From: Glaucostegus cemiculus
Lineage: Eukaryota
Length of the DNA stretch: 64,000 nt
Reading direction: 5' to 3'
Assembly: GCA_976551045.1 (NCBI GenBank)
Contig: CDPCPM010000026.1
Coordinates: 21,700,001-21,764,000, forward strand
The stretch's first letter is position 1; every line of letters begins with the position of its first letter. The notes beneath the pieces were generated by a model. That model was not told the origin of the DNA. It made no database searches and saw only the letters and a program-made list of their open reading frames with translations. Shown here one piece after another: positions 37,648 to 48,680 of the stretch. The position numbers and the translations under genes are program-made.

Positions 37648-37951
37648 GGGCAGGCATGGTAGTGTAGCAGTTAGCGTAATGCTATTACAGTGCAAGCGAC
37701 CTGGGTTCACTTCCCCTGGCTTTCTGTAAGGAGTTTGTACGTTCTCCCTGTGTCAGTGTGGGTTTCCTCCGGGTGCTCCAGTTTCCTCCCACATTCCAAA
37801 GACGTACGGGTTAGGAAGCTGTGGGCATGCTATGTTGGCACCAGAAGCGTGGCGATTCTTGTGGGCTGCCCCCAGAACACTCTACGCAAAAGATGTATTT
37901 CACTGTGCGTTTCGATGTACATGTGACTAAAGATATCTTATCCTTATCTTA
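37648..37951 (+). mobile_element. Full-length V-SINE (tRNA-derived head, V-domain, (TCTTA)n tail)
   Basis: A box TAGTGTAGCAG (~37660), B box GGGTTCACTTCCC (~37703), V-domain GGAGTTTGTACGTTCTCCC...GTGGGTTTCCTCCGGGTGCTCCAGTTTCCTCCCACA (37730-37791), tail ATCTTATCCTTATCTTA. Confidence 0.93.
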
Positions 37952-38654
37952 CTGCTGATGAGAACAGGTAAGTTAAAAATCTTCAAAGATCAATTGGCTT
38001 GGGAGGCCACTGCTAGACTAAACCCTGCTCCAGGAGACGCCTTGAGTGGCATTACTGAAAATATGTTTGTTTGAGGGGTGATCATCAGCAATGGACACCC
38101 TGTGGAAGAATGCAATCTGATTTCTCAGTAATGCTGCTGTGCACAGAGAATGATGTCATCCAGTGCATGTCTGAGGCAAAAATTGCATCATAAATAATGT
38201 GTGTGATTTGAAACTGGACAGGCTCAGCTGAATTTCCCAAGTAGTACAATTCAAGTTTAAAATGATTGCAATCACATTCCTCTCCATAAAGAAGTAATTA
38301 TTGGCCGTTTAATACTGAAGAAAATTGCACTCTGTATCTGAACAACCAGCCCAAGTTCTTTCTGCCTTTCATTGCCGTTTTAGGCCCTGATTGGTTATAA
38401 CCTTGAAACAAGTGCCCAAATATTTCTTTATTCATGTTTCTGCTAATGCGTCTAACATTCCGAATTTCATAACCTGCGTTGGTGAAGGCCCACAGGGTGA
38501 TCAAGTGCTCTGTAGAATACCACACAGACTGGAAATGGTACATTTCCACCTGTGCTAAATAAGATTGCCTCTTCAGGAAAGAAAACTCTTCTTCATCACT
38601 TAAGTTTTCAGGGACAGAAAGAAGTTAATCAAAAACATTTTGTATAATTAGATA

Positions 38655-39245
38655 TAAAAAGAGATTTACAATTGAGTCACACCTTCCTAATTCTGGAAAG
38701 TTCTCAAAATAATGTACAGTAATTAAGTGTATTAGCTTAACAACAGAGCTGTATTAAGGTACAAAGAGTTAATGTGCACAAAACATGCTCTTAGAAAAAA
38801 ACAATTAAAAATATATTCAGGTCATTTCTTTAAGTCATTGGTTGTGGGAGATAAACATTTTCCAGTGTCCCAGGGTATCTTATGTAAAACAGAAATTGTT
38901 GGAAATACTTAGCAGGTCAGGCAGCATCTTACAGAGAAAATCTGTGTTACTATTTCAGGTCAACGACATTTCATCAGAACTGATTAAACTTCATTTATCT
39001 AAAAAGCCAATGCTGTTTCTCCTGCTTTCAATACCAGGGACATTCCCTGATCTCCTTTCCAAGTGTCCCCACCCTCTCCTCTGCTCCACCCTCTGTCCCC
39101 TAGGGAGGGCATATGGTTCCTTGGTTTTATGCTTTTTCCAAAAAATATATCTCTGATGGTGGAACACTTCTTCAATACTGCACAAGCCTGCATAATGTGC
39201 CCAAATCTCTGATATTGAGTTGAGAGTTCTACCACGGAGTCATAC
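38655..39245 (-). mobile_element. Decayed full-length SacSINE1-type SINE, interrupted at ~38880-38990
   Basis: Reverse of the head (ACACTTCTTCAATACTGCAC...TGTGCCCAAATCTCTG...GAGAGTTCTACCACGGAGTCA) at right; reverse Deu blocks (TTGGTTGTGGGAGATAAACATT, TGTGCACA) at left. Confidence 0.65.
38883..38985. mobile_element. Penelope pseudo-LTR-like arm nested in a SINE; hammerhead-like core on the minus strand
   Basis: AAAACAGAAATTGTTGGAAATACTTAGCAGGTCAGGCAGCATC...TTTCAGGTCAACGACATTTCATCAGAACTG. Confidence 0.85.
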
Positions 39246-40684
39246 CTAACAAATAATTTAATATAACCTACACTAAGATTTTTTCAAACACCAAGACAGA
39301 TGTGTTTCTGCGAAGGAGCAGATCAAACTTGAGTTTTAAGTGCTGAAGTTTTAGCTCCAGTTGTGTCTTAATGACTACAATATTAATTAAAATTACATGC
39401 TTTTATTCTAAATCCAACTACTCTCATTAAATGATTCATGTTGATCCATTTTTAAAAAAGGATAAGTACCTATCACCTAATAGGGAAGTTTAAACATGAT
39501 TACTTTAATATAAGTTTTGATTTGAAGCTTACATTTTCTTAGATTCACATCCAAGTGAAATCTTCAGTTATGAATGTATTGAAGTCAGAAACAAATAAAA
39601 GCAGCGTAAAAAGGATTTACAATAATAAAAAATAATGATCCTGTAGCTGCAGGCTCTGTGCACAGTGTAAAGAATTGTGTTTCAACCTGTTTCTCACATC
39701 AGCAATTTGTAGTGAGAGTGGGCAAGGCTCCAGTGCCTTGAAATGGGAGAGGGGGCAGGAGAAGAAATCAAATCTGACAGAACAGAAAATACTCAGAATG
39801 TGACAAGACTAGAAAATGTCATATGGAAATGTCACTTAAAATATTAGAAATATTCCACTGCATATGAAAAAGAAACAGGCAAAAACAAATAAAACATATC
39901 CCTCAAAAACAGCTCAAAGCCTCTCATATACATGAATTAGCTTGAAATTAGATGACTGTTGCTGTGTAGGCAAATATTCAATCAAATTAATTCTGCCATT
40001 AAGCACAGAAGCAATCGTATGGACTAATGTCAAAAAAACTGCACCTTGACGAATGTACCCTTTTTTCTCCACAGTTCTTTGACCACAGATTTTTCCTGGT
40101 AGTTACAAGAAAATAAAGCAAAGGCTGATTGTGCTTGATTACAATCCCTACCCTGGACAAAAGGGCCCAGTTTGTTTCTTCCAAGGCATTATATTTACAT
40201 TGGAGAGATCAGTAAAAACATTTGTTGATCAGCACCCAATTTTGATGAAAAGTTATTAGGCGTCTTTAGCCACATTAATGCAAATTGTAGATTTAAGAAA
40301 AGTAAGGAGAACACACTGGAATACATTACTTTATGGAAACAGTATAATATCAACAGATAGAGATCTTGTTGCTTGTGAAGGAAAAGAGAATAATTAGGTC
40401 ACATGACAAACATCTGCCATTAAGTACAATTGCACAACACATTTGCTACCACACCAGTAATGCTTCAAACCCACAAAGTAGAATACATCCCATTTGTGTT
40501 TTTGATTCACCGCTCCTTTTATAGGTGCTTAAAAAATTGTTAATTATAGCTAATTGGTTCCTGGCTTTCTCCATGTACAACACAGTTAGACTATCATTCA
40601 TTAAGGAGAGATGTAATACTCATTTTTTGTTATTGTTGAGCAAATAACAGTTCATGCCGAATTAAGGTCATTTTTGTCAAATCT

Positions 40685-41005
40685 GGCTACTCATACTACC
40701 ACACAGTTCCATATAGGAGATCAAGTGGCAATACTATTCCTGAGACATGAGCCGAGGCAGCTGGTAGACATGGCCAACCCTATCCTCATCCAAATATGCA
40801 TACCTTCCTGTTGTAATGGCTGAATCGCTATCCCAAGGAGAAATCCTGAGAGAATCATTCCTCTTGGTAGCTCAAAGGTATTGAGATTACATGTAGCCTC
40901 CAGCACACATGAACTAAGCTAACTCAACAAAGACCTTGGACTGAGATTCGGGCCTTACTGGTTTGGGCAGTTCAGGCTCGATCCCATATTGCAACATCTA
41001 GGGCA
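40685..41005 (-). mobile_element. Ancient tRNA-derived SINE (family distinct from SacSINE1 and V-SINE; name uncertain)
   Basis: Minus strand ACCAGTAAGGCCC...GGTCTTTGTTGAGTTAGCT...GGATGAGGATAGGGTTGG...TGCCACTTG...TGGAACTGT...ATGAGT follows the block order of an old chondrichthyan SINE family I recall. Confidence 0.55.
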
Positions 41006-41459
41006 CTGAAAAGCTGAACAATTGAGAGAACTGAGGTGAGAATTTTCATAAAGAATTCTTTGATTTACAACACAAAAGTTCAACGTCTCCCTCTACATAC
41101 CTCTCCCACACAGTTTCACATTACATAAAGCTGTAAAATATTGCTTTCACCAGATACAGCTTTTGCAATATATTTTGGCCACTCCCAAACACTCCAAAAA
41201 TCTACTTCTATTCAACAGTACATGAGTGAGGATGGAAACAGTCAAAATGCAGAGGGTTTCACAGACCATATTTTGAAACAAATATCCTCCAAGCTATATT
41301 AATGGGATAACTCTAATCAATCTATCCCAAGCATTCTAATGTTGAAGGTAGATTATGGTTTCATACTCATCATATGCTTAGTTTGTTTTGTGCAACTGGA
41401 TCTATTCCACCAGAGCTCAACAGTGTACCTTCCAACTAATAAAGATCCATCAATCTATA

Positions 41460-44085
41460 TATGACGCCAAGCTTCTTGATTGTTAGGAGAGGTGCATCAT
41501 CCAGGAAAGTAGAGATTATTTCATTATATTCCTGACCTGTTTTGTAGAGGGTAAAGGGTCTTTGGAAAATCAGAAGGTGAGTTATTTGCCATTGACTATC
41601 CAGCTGCTTATATGGCTACAATATTGATAAGACTTTTCCAGTTCAGTTTCTGATCAGTGGATGACCACCAGGCAATTGATGATGGGAGATTGAGACATGG
41701 CAAAGTAGTAATAGTGGCTAGATTCTCAATGGAGATGGTGATTGCATGGTCCTTGTGAAACTTGCTATTTGTCAACCCAAGTCTGAATGTTGTCCTAGTA
41801 TTACTAAAAGCAGATATAAGTGCTTCATTAACTGATGAGTTGGGAATGGAACTAAACACTGTGCAATCTTCAGTGAAAATCCTTACTTCTGAAGTGATGA
41901 TGGAAGGCAAGTCACTGATGAAGTAACTGAACATGATCATCTCTAGGAAAGTGCCCTGAGCCCTGAGACACTTCTGCAATGATGTACTGGGTTTAATATG
42001 ATTGACTTCCAACAGCTAAGATTTTCAATGTGCTAGTTTCAACTTTCAGCCGGTGGTTACCACCCCCTCATTCCAGATATTAATCCAGTAAATAAATGCT
42101 GCAATGACACCAAGAAATTACATCCTTCCTTTAAGTATGGAGACCAAAACTGCACTCAGCACTTCAGGTATGTTTGCACCTCACATATGGCAGGCTTGAT
42201 TTGATAGAATTGCCATTGATCATTTCACTTGGACTACAGCATGTGGCTCTGTTGCTTTGCATACATTGGTCCTGTGTTGTAGCTTCACCAAAGTGACATC
42301 TCATCATTAGTTCCTCCTGGTGCTGCTCTTAAAATGATCTCTGCAGCTTTATAAAACTCTGGTTAGGCCATATCTGCAGTATTGCATTCAAATCTAGTCT
42401 CTCCATTATAGGGAGGATGTGGAGGCAATGGATAATGTTCAGAAAAGGTTTACCAGGATGCTGCCTGGATTAGAGGGCATATGCTATAAGGAGAGGTAGG
42501 ACAAACTAGGGCTGTTTTCTCTGGAGCAGCGAAGGCTGAGGGGAGACCTGATAGAAGTACATAAAATTATGAGAAGCATAGGTAGAGTAGACAGGTGGTA
42601 TCTTTTTCCCAGGTTCAAAATGTCTAATACTAGAGGGCATGCATTTAAGGTGAGAGGGGGAAATTCAAAGGAGATGTGCAGGGCAAGTTTTGTTTTGCAC
42701 AGAGAGTGGTGGGTGCCTGGAATGTGCTGCCAGAGGTGGTGGTGGAGGGAGATACAATAGAGGCGTTTAAGAGATTCTTAGGTAGGCAGACAAATGTGCA
42801 GAGAATGGAGGGGTGTGGACCTTGTGCAAGCAGAAGGGAGTAGGTATCATTTGTTCAGCATAACATTGTGGGCTGAAGGGCCTGTTCCTGAGCTGTACTC
42901 TTCTATGTTCTATCTCCTTTACCATTCACTGAACAGTGTAGGTCCTCTGACTAAACAGAAGTGATAGAGTGATATAATGGGCCACAAGACTGTAGACTGT
43001 GCTGGAATACAACTCTCCTGATGCTGCTGTTACAGCTGGTAGAAGGGCCTCAGTGTTCCTTTTTCCTTTTGCAAAATTGGTTATAAATCTAAAACTTTTA
43101 GCTAACCGATTATCTCATAAAACATACTGTCAGGGTGTAGTCAATGTGACAACACCCTCAAAGACTACGTGGTGGTCATAAACAAATAAACAGGTATATT
43201 GACATATAATGGCAAATAGGTTTTTCCCACATATTGGTTACCATACCACCTGATGTGTGACAGCTGTGTTCTTCAGGACCCAAACAGTTTGATCAATGTA
43301 AGGCCACAAAGACATTCAAACTGATGGGCAGTGAAGTTCCCCAACCAATGCCCTTGATATCTTCACTGAGTTTTCCAAGCAGTGTTCAACACAGAGGAGT
43401 GCTGATTCATCAACTAAGGGAAGAAAGTAGAAAGCAAATAGGTTTCATGCCCATATCTGGCCTCTTGTCAGGAGGCTTTGTTGGATCCAGAGCTGATGCT
43501 GAGGATTCCCAAGCCATCCCTTCCTGACTTCATCCTACTGTGTCACCACCTAATGAACCTGTCACACAGATGGGCAAAGGCATACCCCGAGGCATGCTTC
43601 TGTGAGTAACACTATATAAGGCTGTTGCAGAATAGTCTGTGAGGTAGCTCTCTGAATTTTGGCACAGGTTCCCAAATGTTAGTGGGGAGGGCTTGGTAAG
43701 GCTGGCTTCACGTGCCGTACATTTGTTTTTGTCGAATCCAATGGTCCTGTATTTTAGTTTTTGTAAAATCAAGTGGCTTTCCAATCATTTCAGAGGACAG
43801 TTACAAGTCAACCACATTGCTGTGTACCCTGAGTCATACGCAGGCCAGACCAAATAAGGCAACAGATTTCCTTCATTAAACAACATGAGGGAACCAGATG
43901 GATATTTATGACAATCCAGTAGCTTCATAGTAATTGTACTGATACTAGCTGTTTTTCTGCTGATTAAGATAATTAACTGAACTTAAGCTCCCCAGCTGTT
44001 TTGCTGGGTTTTGTAGTCTCATTTCCTGATTATTTTTCCAGGCCTTTGGACTACTGCTGCAACATAACCACCACGCTATGGTACA
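41460..44085 (-). mobile_element. L2/CR1-group LINE with tRNA-derived 5' head, EN and RT remnants; interrupted by a CR1 at 42342-42911
   Basis: Head with A box TAGCGTGGTGG (44078-44068); EN start NIWEPVPKFRELPHRL (43680-43633) then QQPYIVLLTE and WLGNFTAH (~43335); RT FSYFISDLPSIITSEVRIFTEDCTVF (FADD-like, ORF 41608-42012). Confidence 0.88.
42342..42911 (+). mobile_element. 5'-truncated CR1 with 5-bp target-site duplication ATCTC
   Basis: LQLYKTLVRPYLQYCIQ...VQKRFTRMLPGLEG...RRLRGDLIEV; tail GGGCTGAAGGGCCTGTTCC...TTCTATGTTCT; ATCTC at 42337-42341 and 42912-42916. Confidence 0.95.
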
Positions 44086-44744
44086 CCTCAATAACAGCCA
44101 GGATAATGCACAAATGATGGAAGAGTTGCCCAAAAAAATGTAATAGAAATTAAAGTAGTCACTTATTAATTGAATTATTTCCTCCTTTGAAATACTGCTT
44201 GTTAATTAAAACTTTCAAATAAATTCTGTATAATCTCCTGCTCCATATTGGTAATGTAATTCCAAGTTGTCCCATGGAGCTCAGATCTCCAGTCAGAAAT
44301 AAGGACACAAGCAAAGCGTCTTAATTCAATAGAATATTTTCCTGATACAACAAGATGCTCCATATCAACTTTCACATTTTCTAAATTGGCATCTTAATTT
44401 CCAGGCATTAATACCTTCCTGGAAATATCTCACTTTAATGATTCTGTAATCATAGAATTTGAACTTGCCTATTCCACAGTTCATCAGTGTGCAGAAATTA
44501 ATGCTTTACTTAAGTAGCTCCAGCTACCAACCCATCTGCATTTGAATTACGTGCTGTCCAAAATCATAGATATAACAAAAGAGAACCTATCCAGAGCATC
44601 TATTCCCTTATTAACTCTACCAAGAGACTTGGCAAATTACATAAATGGTCAACAGTATAACACAAATAATGGGATTTCCATGGAGTTAAGGCAGGCTCAA
44701 GCCTTTCAATTAGATGGAAATATAAAACAAAGGGAAAAAAACCA

Positions 44745-44912
44745 AAACAGTGGAAGAACTTAGTGGGTCAATGTGGTTGATGATGCAGGATCTTAACCCA
44801 AAACATCAACATACACCTTTTGCCTCCACAGATGCTGCTTGACCTACTAAGTTCTTCCTGTGTTCTGGTGCTTGTTCTAGGTCTCAGCATCTGCAGTCTC
44901 TTTTATCTCCAC
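44745..44912. mobile_element. Fold-back element (GACACAAGA subfamily, reverse orientation)
   Basis: 19/20 inverted repeat GGAAGAACTTAGTGGGTCAA (44752-44771) / TTGACCTACTAAGTTCTTCC (44839-44858); ends CAGCATCTGCAGTCTCTTTTATCTC. Confidence 0.8.
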
Positions 44913-44945
44913 AAAATAAAGTGATTATATTGTTGGAATTTGGTC

Positions 44946-45555
44946 ACTGCAGATGCCGGAAATCTGAAAGGCAGAAAATGCAGTAAATACTCAGCAGGCC
45001 TGATGACATCTTTGTAGGGGGAGAGTTCATATTTTCGATCAGTGACTTTTCATCAGAAACAATTAACAGAACAGAGTACAGTTGAAAGGTAATAGGCAGG
45101 AAATATTTGACTGACACCATTAAGCAGATGGGGTTAAGTACCTTGGGTGGGTTGGAGTTCCCCACCCATATATCCACACCCCTCCAAGAAAAGAAAAATA
45201 TATCCTTCTGCTCACCTTGATTAACTACCAAGTGTGTTAGGCAAGCACTTTCTTCCTCATACCTGACCAGGTGCACCACTAGTTATGGGAGACCACAACA
45301 GATTAGAACATGTAGGCAGTGTGAAACAGATAATAAAACCTTGGTACATATTTCAGGCCTTAGAGTAAAGAATGCAAGAATGAAGAGGCAAGTCAAGATT
45401 GCTAGCTGTCCAAGAGTTGTGTTTGTCCGAGAGTCTAGCTGTCCAAGAGTCCCAGCCTTTGTTTGATGGATGGAGCATTATGGAACTCTGTTTCTTGATC
45501 GACACATGCTGCCTGATCTGCTGAGTATTTCTAGAATTTGCTATTTTTTATTTTC
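44946..45555. mobile_element. Fold-back Penelope pseudo-LTR-like element enclosing ~400 bp of unrelated sequence
   Basis: Left arm ACTGCAGATGCCGGAAATCTGAAA...AAATACTCAGCAGG...TTTCATCAGAA; right arm AACTCTGTTTC...ATGCTGCCTGATCTGCTGAGTATTT. Confidence 0.75.
45402..45450 (+). repeat. Three-unit 16-17 bp tandem repeat
   Basis: CTAGCTGTCCAAGAGT / TGTGTTTGTCCGAGAGT / CTAGCTGTCCAAGAGT. Confidence 0.85.
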
Positions 45556-47254
45556 CCTAAATCCAAACATCTCTACATGCAAATAATCACATACAAATCT
45601 GTGTTGATTCTTGACTGTTAAAATGGCAATTCCACGTTTTCAACTGCTTGAGGGGATGCCCCTGAATGGTTTCTTTCTCATAAAAACCTTTGCTTGGTGC
45701 AAACAGTTTCTCACTGCTGTAACGATTCTAAGTGAGTGTGTGCCAAGAATGTGCCTTTAGTTTGAATATGGCCACTGTTTGTAAGAATTTGTAAATTCCA
45801 TTGGTTGTATTGTAGAGGTAATTTCCTTCTCTCTTTCTCTGTGGTAAATCCAATGCAAATTGTCCAGTATAGATTTTAGATGACCTACTGCACAGTATAA
45901 AACACTGGTATAAAGTGAGATAAATTGCGTCTGTTACTGATCACTGGAGGGTTTGATGAAATTCTATAGCTACGCGGAGTATGTGAGTTTTCACAAGAAA
46001 TAAACTGTGCTGCATTCACATTATATATTGGTAATCAGTGCTGCCCTTGCCTATACACAGTCTAATTAACTGTTTCTAAAATTTCAATTAGGTTGACACA
46101 TTTGTAACCCCATGGATGGATGGAATAAAATATATTCTGTGTTGAGATAATTTTAAATAATGGTTGATTTCTGATTATTGCAAAAATTAAAGTTCCATTT
46201 GATGACTGTAAAAATAAGCAGCAAGTCCCTTCTTCCTTTCATTCAGAAGAGTTACAGAAAGCACATTAAAAGGATTATGCATTGTATGGGTCACAGTTAG
46301 TGAGTGAAAAATGTTATACATATTTGAAGAGTCACCTTAGTGATGGGGGAGGGGTTTGTTGCAATGATCGCATACAGTTACACGATAACCAGAATATGTA
46401 ATCCCATCCTCGATATTCTAAAAAACTATTTCCATTAGCGACCCAAATATAGTTCAGTCATTTCCATTTTATAAGTGTTGGAGTCTGCCTTGAGACTGGC
46501 AGTATACTGAATAGCTGAATGGTGATTAGCTGCAATTGTTTTTTGAAATTTGCTCCATACTTCAAAGTTGGATATGGTGAATACTGAGGAGAGCAGAATG
46601 CTTTAGCATGTAATGCTGGCAATTACTGATACACAATGACTAAAGATAATAATTATTTTAAAATAAGACTTAAAAACTGTTGTAATATAAAGATGAGGAA
46701 GAAGACATATTATGAAATCTGACACAGAAATAATAGTAAAAGGAAAAACTGAGACCACCACATGCCATGTCCAAGATCTGAGCACTGCATGACAAACATA
46801 CATGTTAGTAAACTTATTCCAACCATTTTAAGCAATGTGGATCATTTTAATCTCCATAGAGACAACAGCCTACTTACGCAAAATGAAATGATTAATCACT
46901 GCTTTGATAACAATGGCGTGAACCAGTGACCACAACAGTGAAAAAAAAAGGATGCACTTAGTATTCTCCTGGGCTGTGTTACTCAGACACACAGTATAGT
47001 ATTCACAAACATGCTGCACAAGTTCTCAAAACCTTCAAGGATGGATACAATCTAACAAAAGCCAACACAATTCATTAAATGCACATTGTCTATTTCCAGT
47101 TGATGACAGAGTCAGCACTCCAACAGAATAAAAAGAGAATTTCAATCAAAATGGATTTGGGAGTCCAGCAAAGGTTTGTGTTGGTTAGATCATTGTGATC
47201 TTAATTAGTTTAATTGATGAAGTAGCTGACCAAAAGCAGAGAAAAATATTCCAA

Positions 47255-47455
47255 AAGCAAAAGTACTGCAGATCCTGGAAATCTTAAATCCACATGGGAA
47301 ATGTTGGAAATATTCAGCAGGTTTGCTGCATCCGCAGAAAGGAAAACAGGACAATGATTCATCAGAGAATATGTCATGAACCTAAGACATTAACTCTGTT
47401 TTTCTCCCTGCATATACTGTCTGACCAGCTGAGTATTTCTGGTATTCTGCCTGAT
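47255..47455. mobile_element. Fold-back Penelope pseudo-LTR-like element
   Basis: TACTGCAGATCCTGGAAATCT...GGAAATATTCAGCAGG...TTCATCAGA, then the inverted arm CATTAACTCTGTTT...CTGACCAGCTGAGTATTTC. Confidence 0.8.
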
Positions 47456-48254
47456 ATCTCAGAACAAACTATTCTGTGGGTTGCCATTCCCCACCCATTC
47501 ATCCACACCCCTCCGTGAGAGCAATATATATGTCTTTCTGCTCATCTTGATTAACTACCAAGTATCTTAGGCAATCACTTTCTTCCTCATAACCAACAGC
47601 TTTCTAATTTAACTAAGCGAAATCTGAAGGAGATTATGCTGTTATAAAATTTCTAGGGCTGTTCTAACAACTAGAAATACCCTGAAATACAGCATTATTA
47701 CAACTTAACACAATCAGAAAGATACTGTCAACTAGAATGAATTGCCACATGTCTTAAGCCTGTAGTTGTCTTATAACTGGAGGGGAATGACTCATGGATT
47801 ATACAAATTCTGATGAACCTGTAATTTTAAATAGCCCTGTAGGTAGAGAAAGGATATAATTTTGTTTGTATGAAAAAGAAATTCCACTTCTGACACATAG
47901 GACATATCCTTCAGAGCTTTTCAACTGATGGGAATTACTCAGATGAATGAATTAAGGTATTCATTCTGAACCCACAAACTTACACATTTAAATTGATGGT
48001 GATTGTCAATGTAAGTTTAACAGCAGAATGCATGTTCTTGGTAGAAATGGAATATGGCATCTCCCAACTATATGTGGAATTCTCTCTATTGAAACCACTA
48101 ATATAACCACTTTCTATTTAATGTTATCAGAGAAGTGAAATTCAGTTCAATTGGTGATGGAAGCACCTTTTGACTTTCAAAAATCTAGCGACAGTACATT
48201 TTGTTTCAACCCAAAATAGCTGGGTTCATGTTTCTAACATCAGACACTGTGATT

Positions 48255-48680
48255 AAGAACACAAACAAGGAATGAATGAAGGCTAATCAGCCCCTCCGAC
48301 CTGTCCCATCCACACAACATATAAATGTATACACACATGCGCAAACACTCAAACAAAAACTAGTATACCTGGCTGATGCTAAATCACAGGCCATTTGCCT
48401 CTCTTACCAATGCTTTGTTATTGCAGTACCCCAAAAACCATTGTTTTCTACACTATTTATTATAAGCAACTTTACTTAACCATGCAGCTGTCCATGCCTT
48501 TCCTAAACAGACATGCTTTACATCTCTTAAATAGTACAGTTGCTCCTTTAGGTACAAATCTATTTCATACATCTGCAACAGTGACAGAAAAACATTTCTT
48601 CTGGATCTCTGGCCATACTTGAAGTTTGTTAATGTTACATGCATGCTCTCTAGCTGTGTGCTGATAAAAAAACCTGCTTC
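48255..48680 (-). mobile_element. Old CR1 3' fragment
   Basis: AAGAACA...GAAGGCTAATCAGCCCCTCCGACCTGTCCC tail in reverse; CTATTTCATACATCTGCAACAGTGACAGAAAAACATTTCTTC resembles the reverse of FF..RVV..WN. Confidence 0.6.

Noticed and set aside
38298-38549. 83-codon minus-strand ORF preceded by CACAG| acceptor
   Set aside because: Weak pyrimidine tract and unrecognisable peptide; may be a conserved non-coding element but I cannot support a CDS
45284-45318. ATGGGAGACC...TGTAGGC resembling the 3' part of 5S rRNA
   Set aside because: Only two short matches with altered spacing; no box A or 5' half similarity
47810-47852. CTGATGA-ACCTG...TAGGT-AGA-GAAA hammerhead-like string
   Set aside because: Three extra bases between stem II and GAAA and no stems I/III
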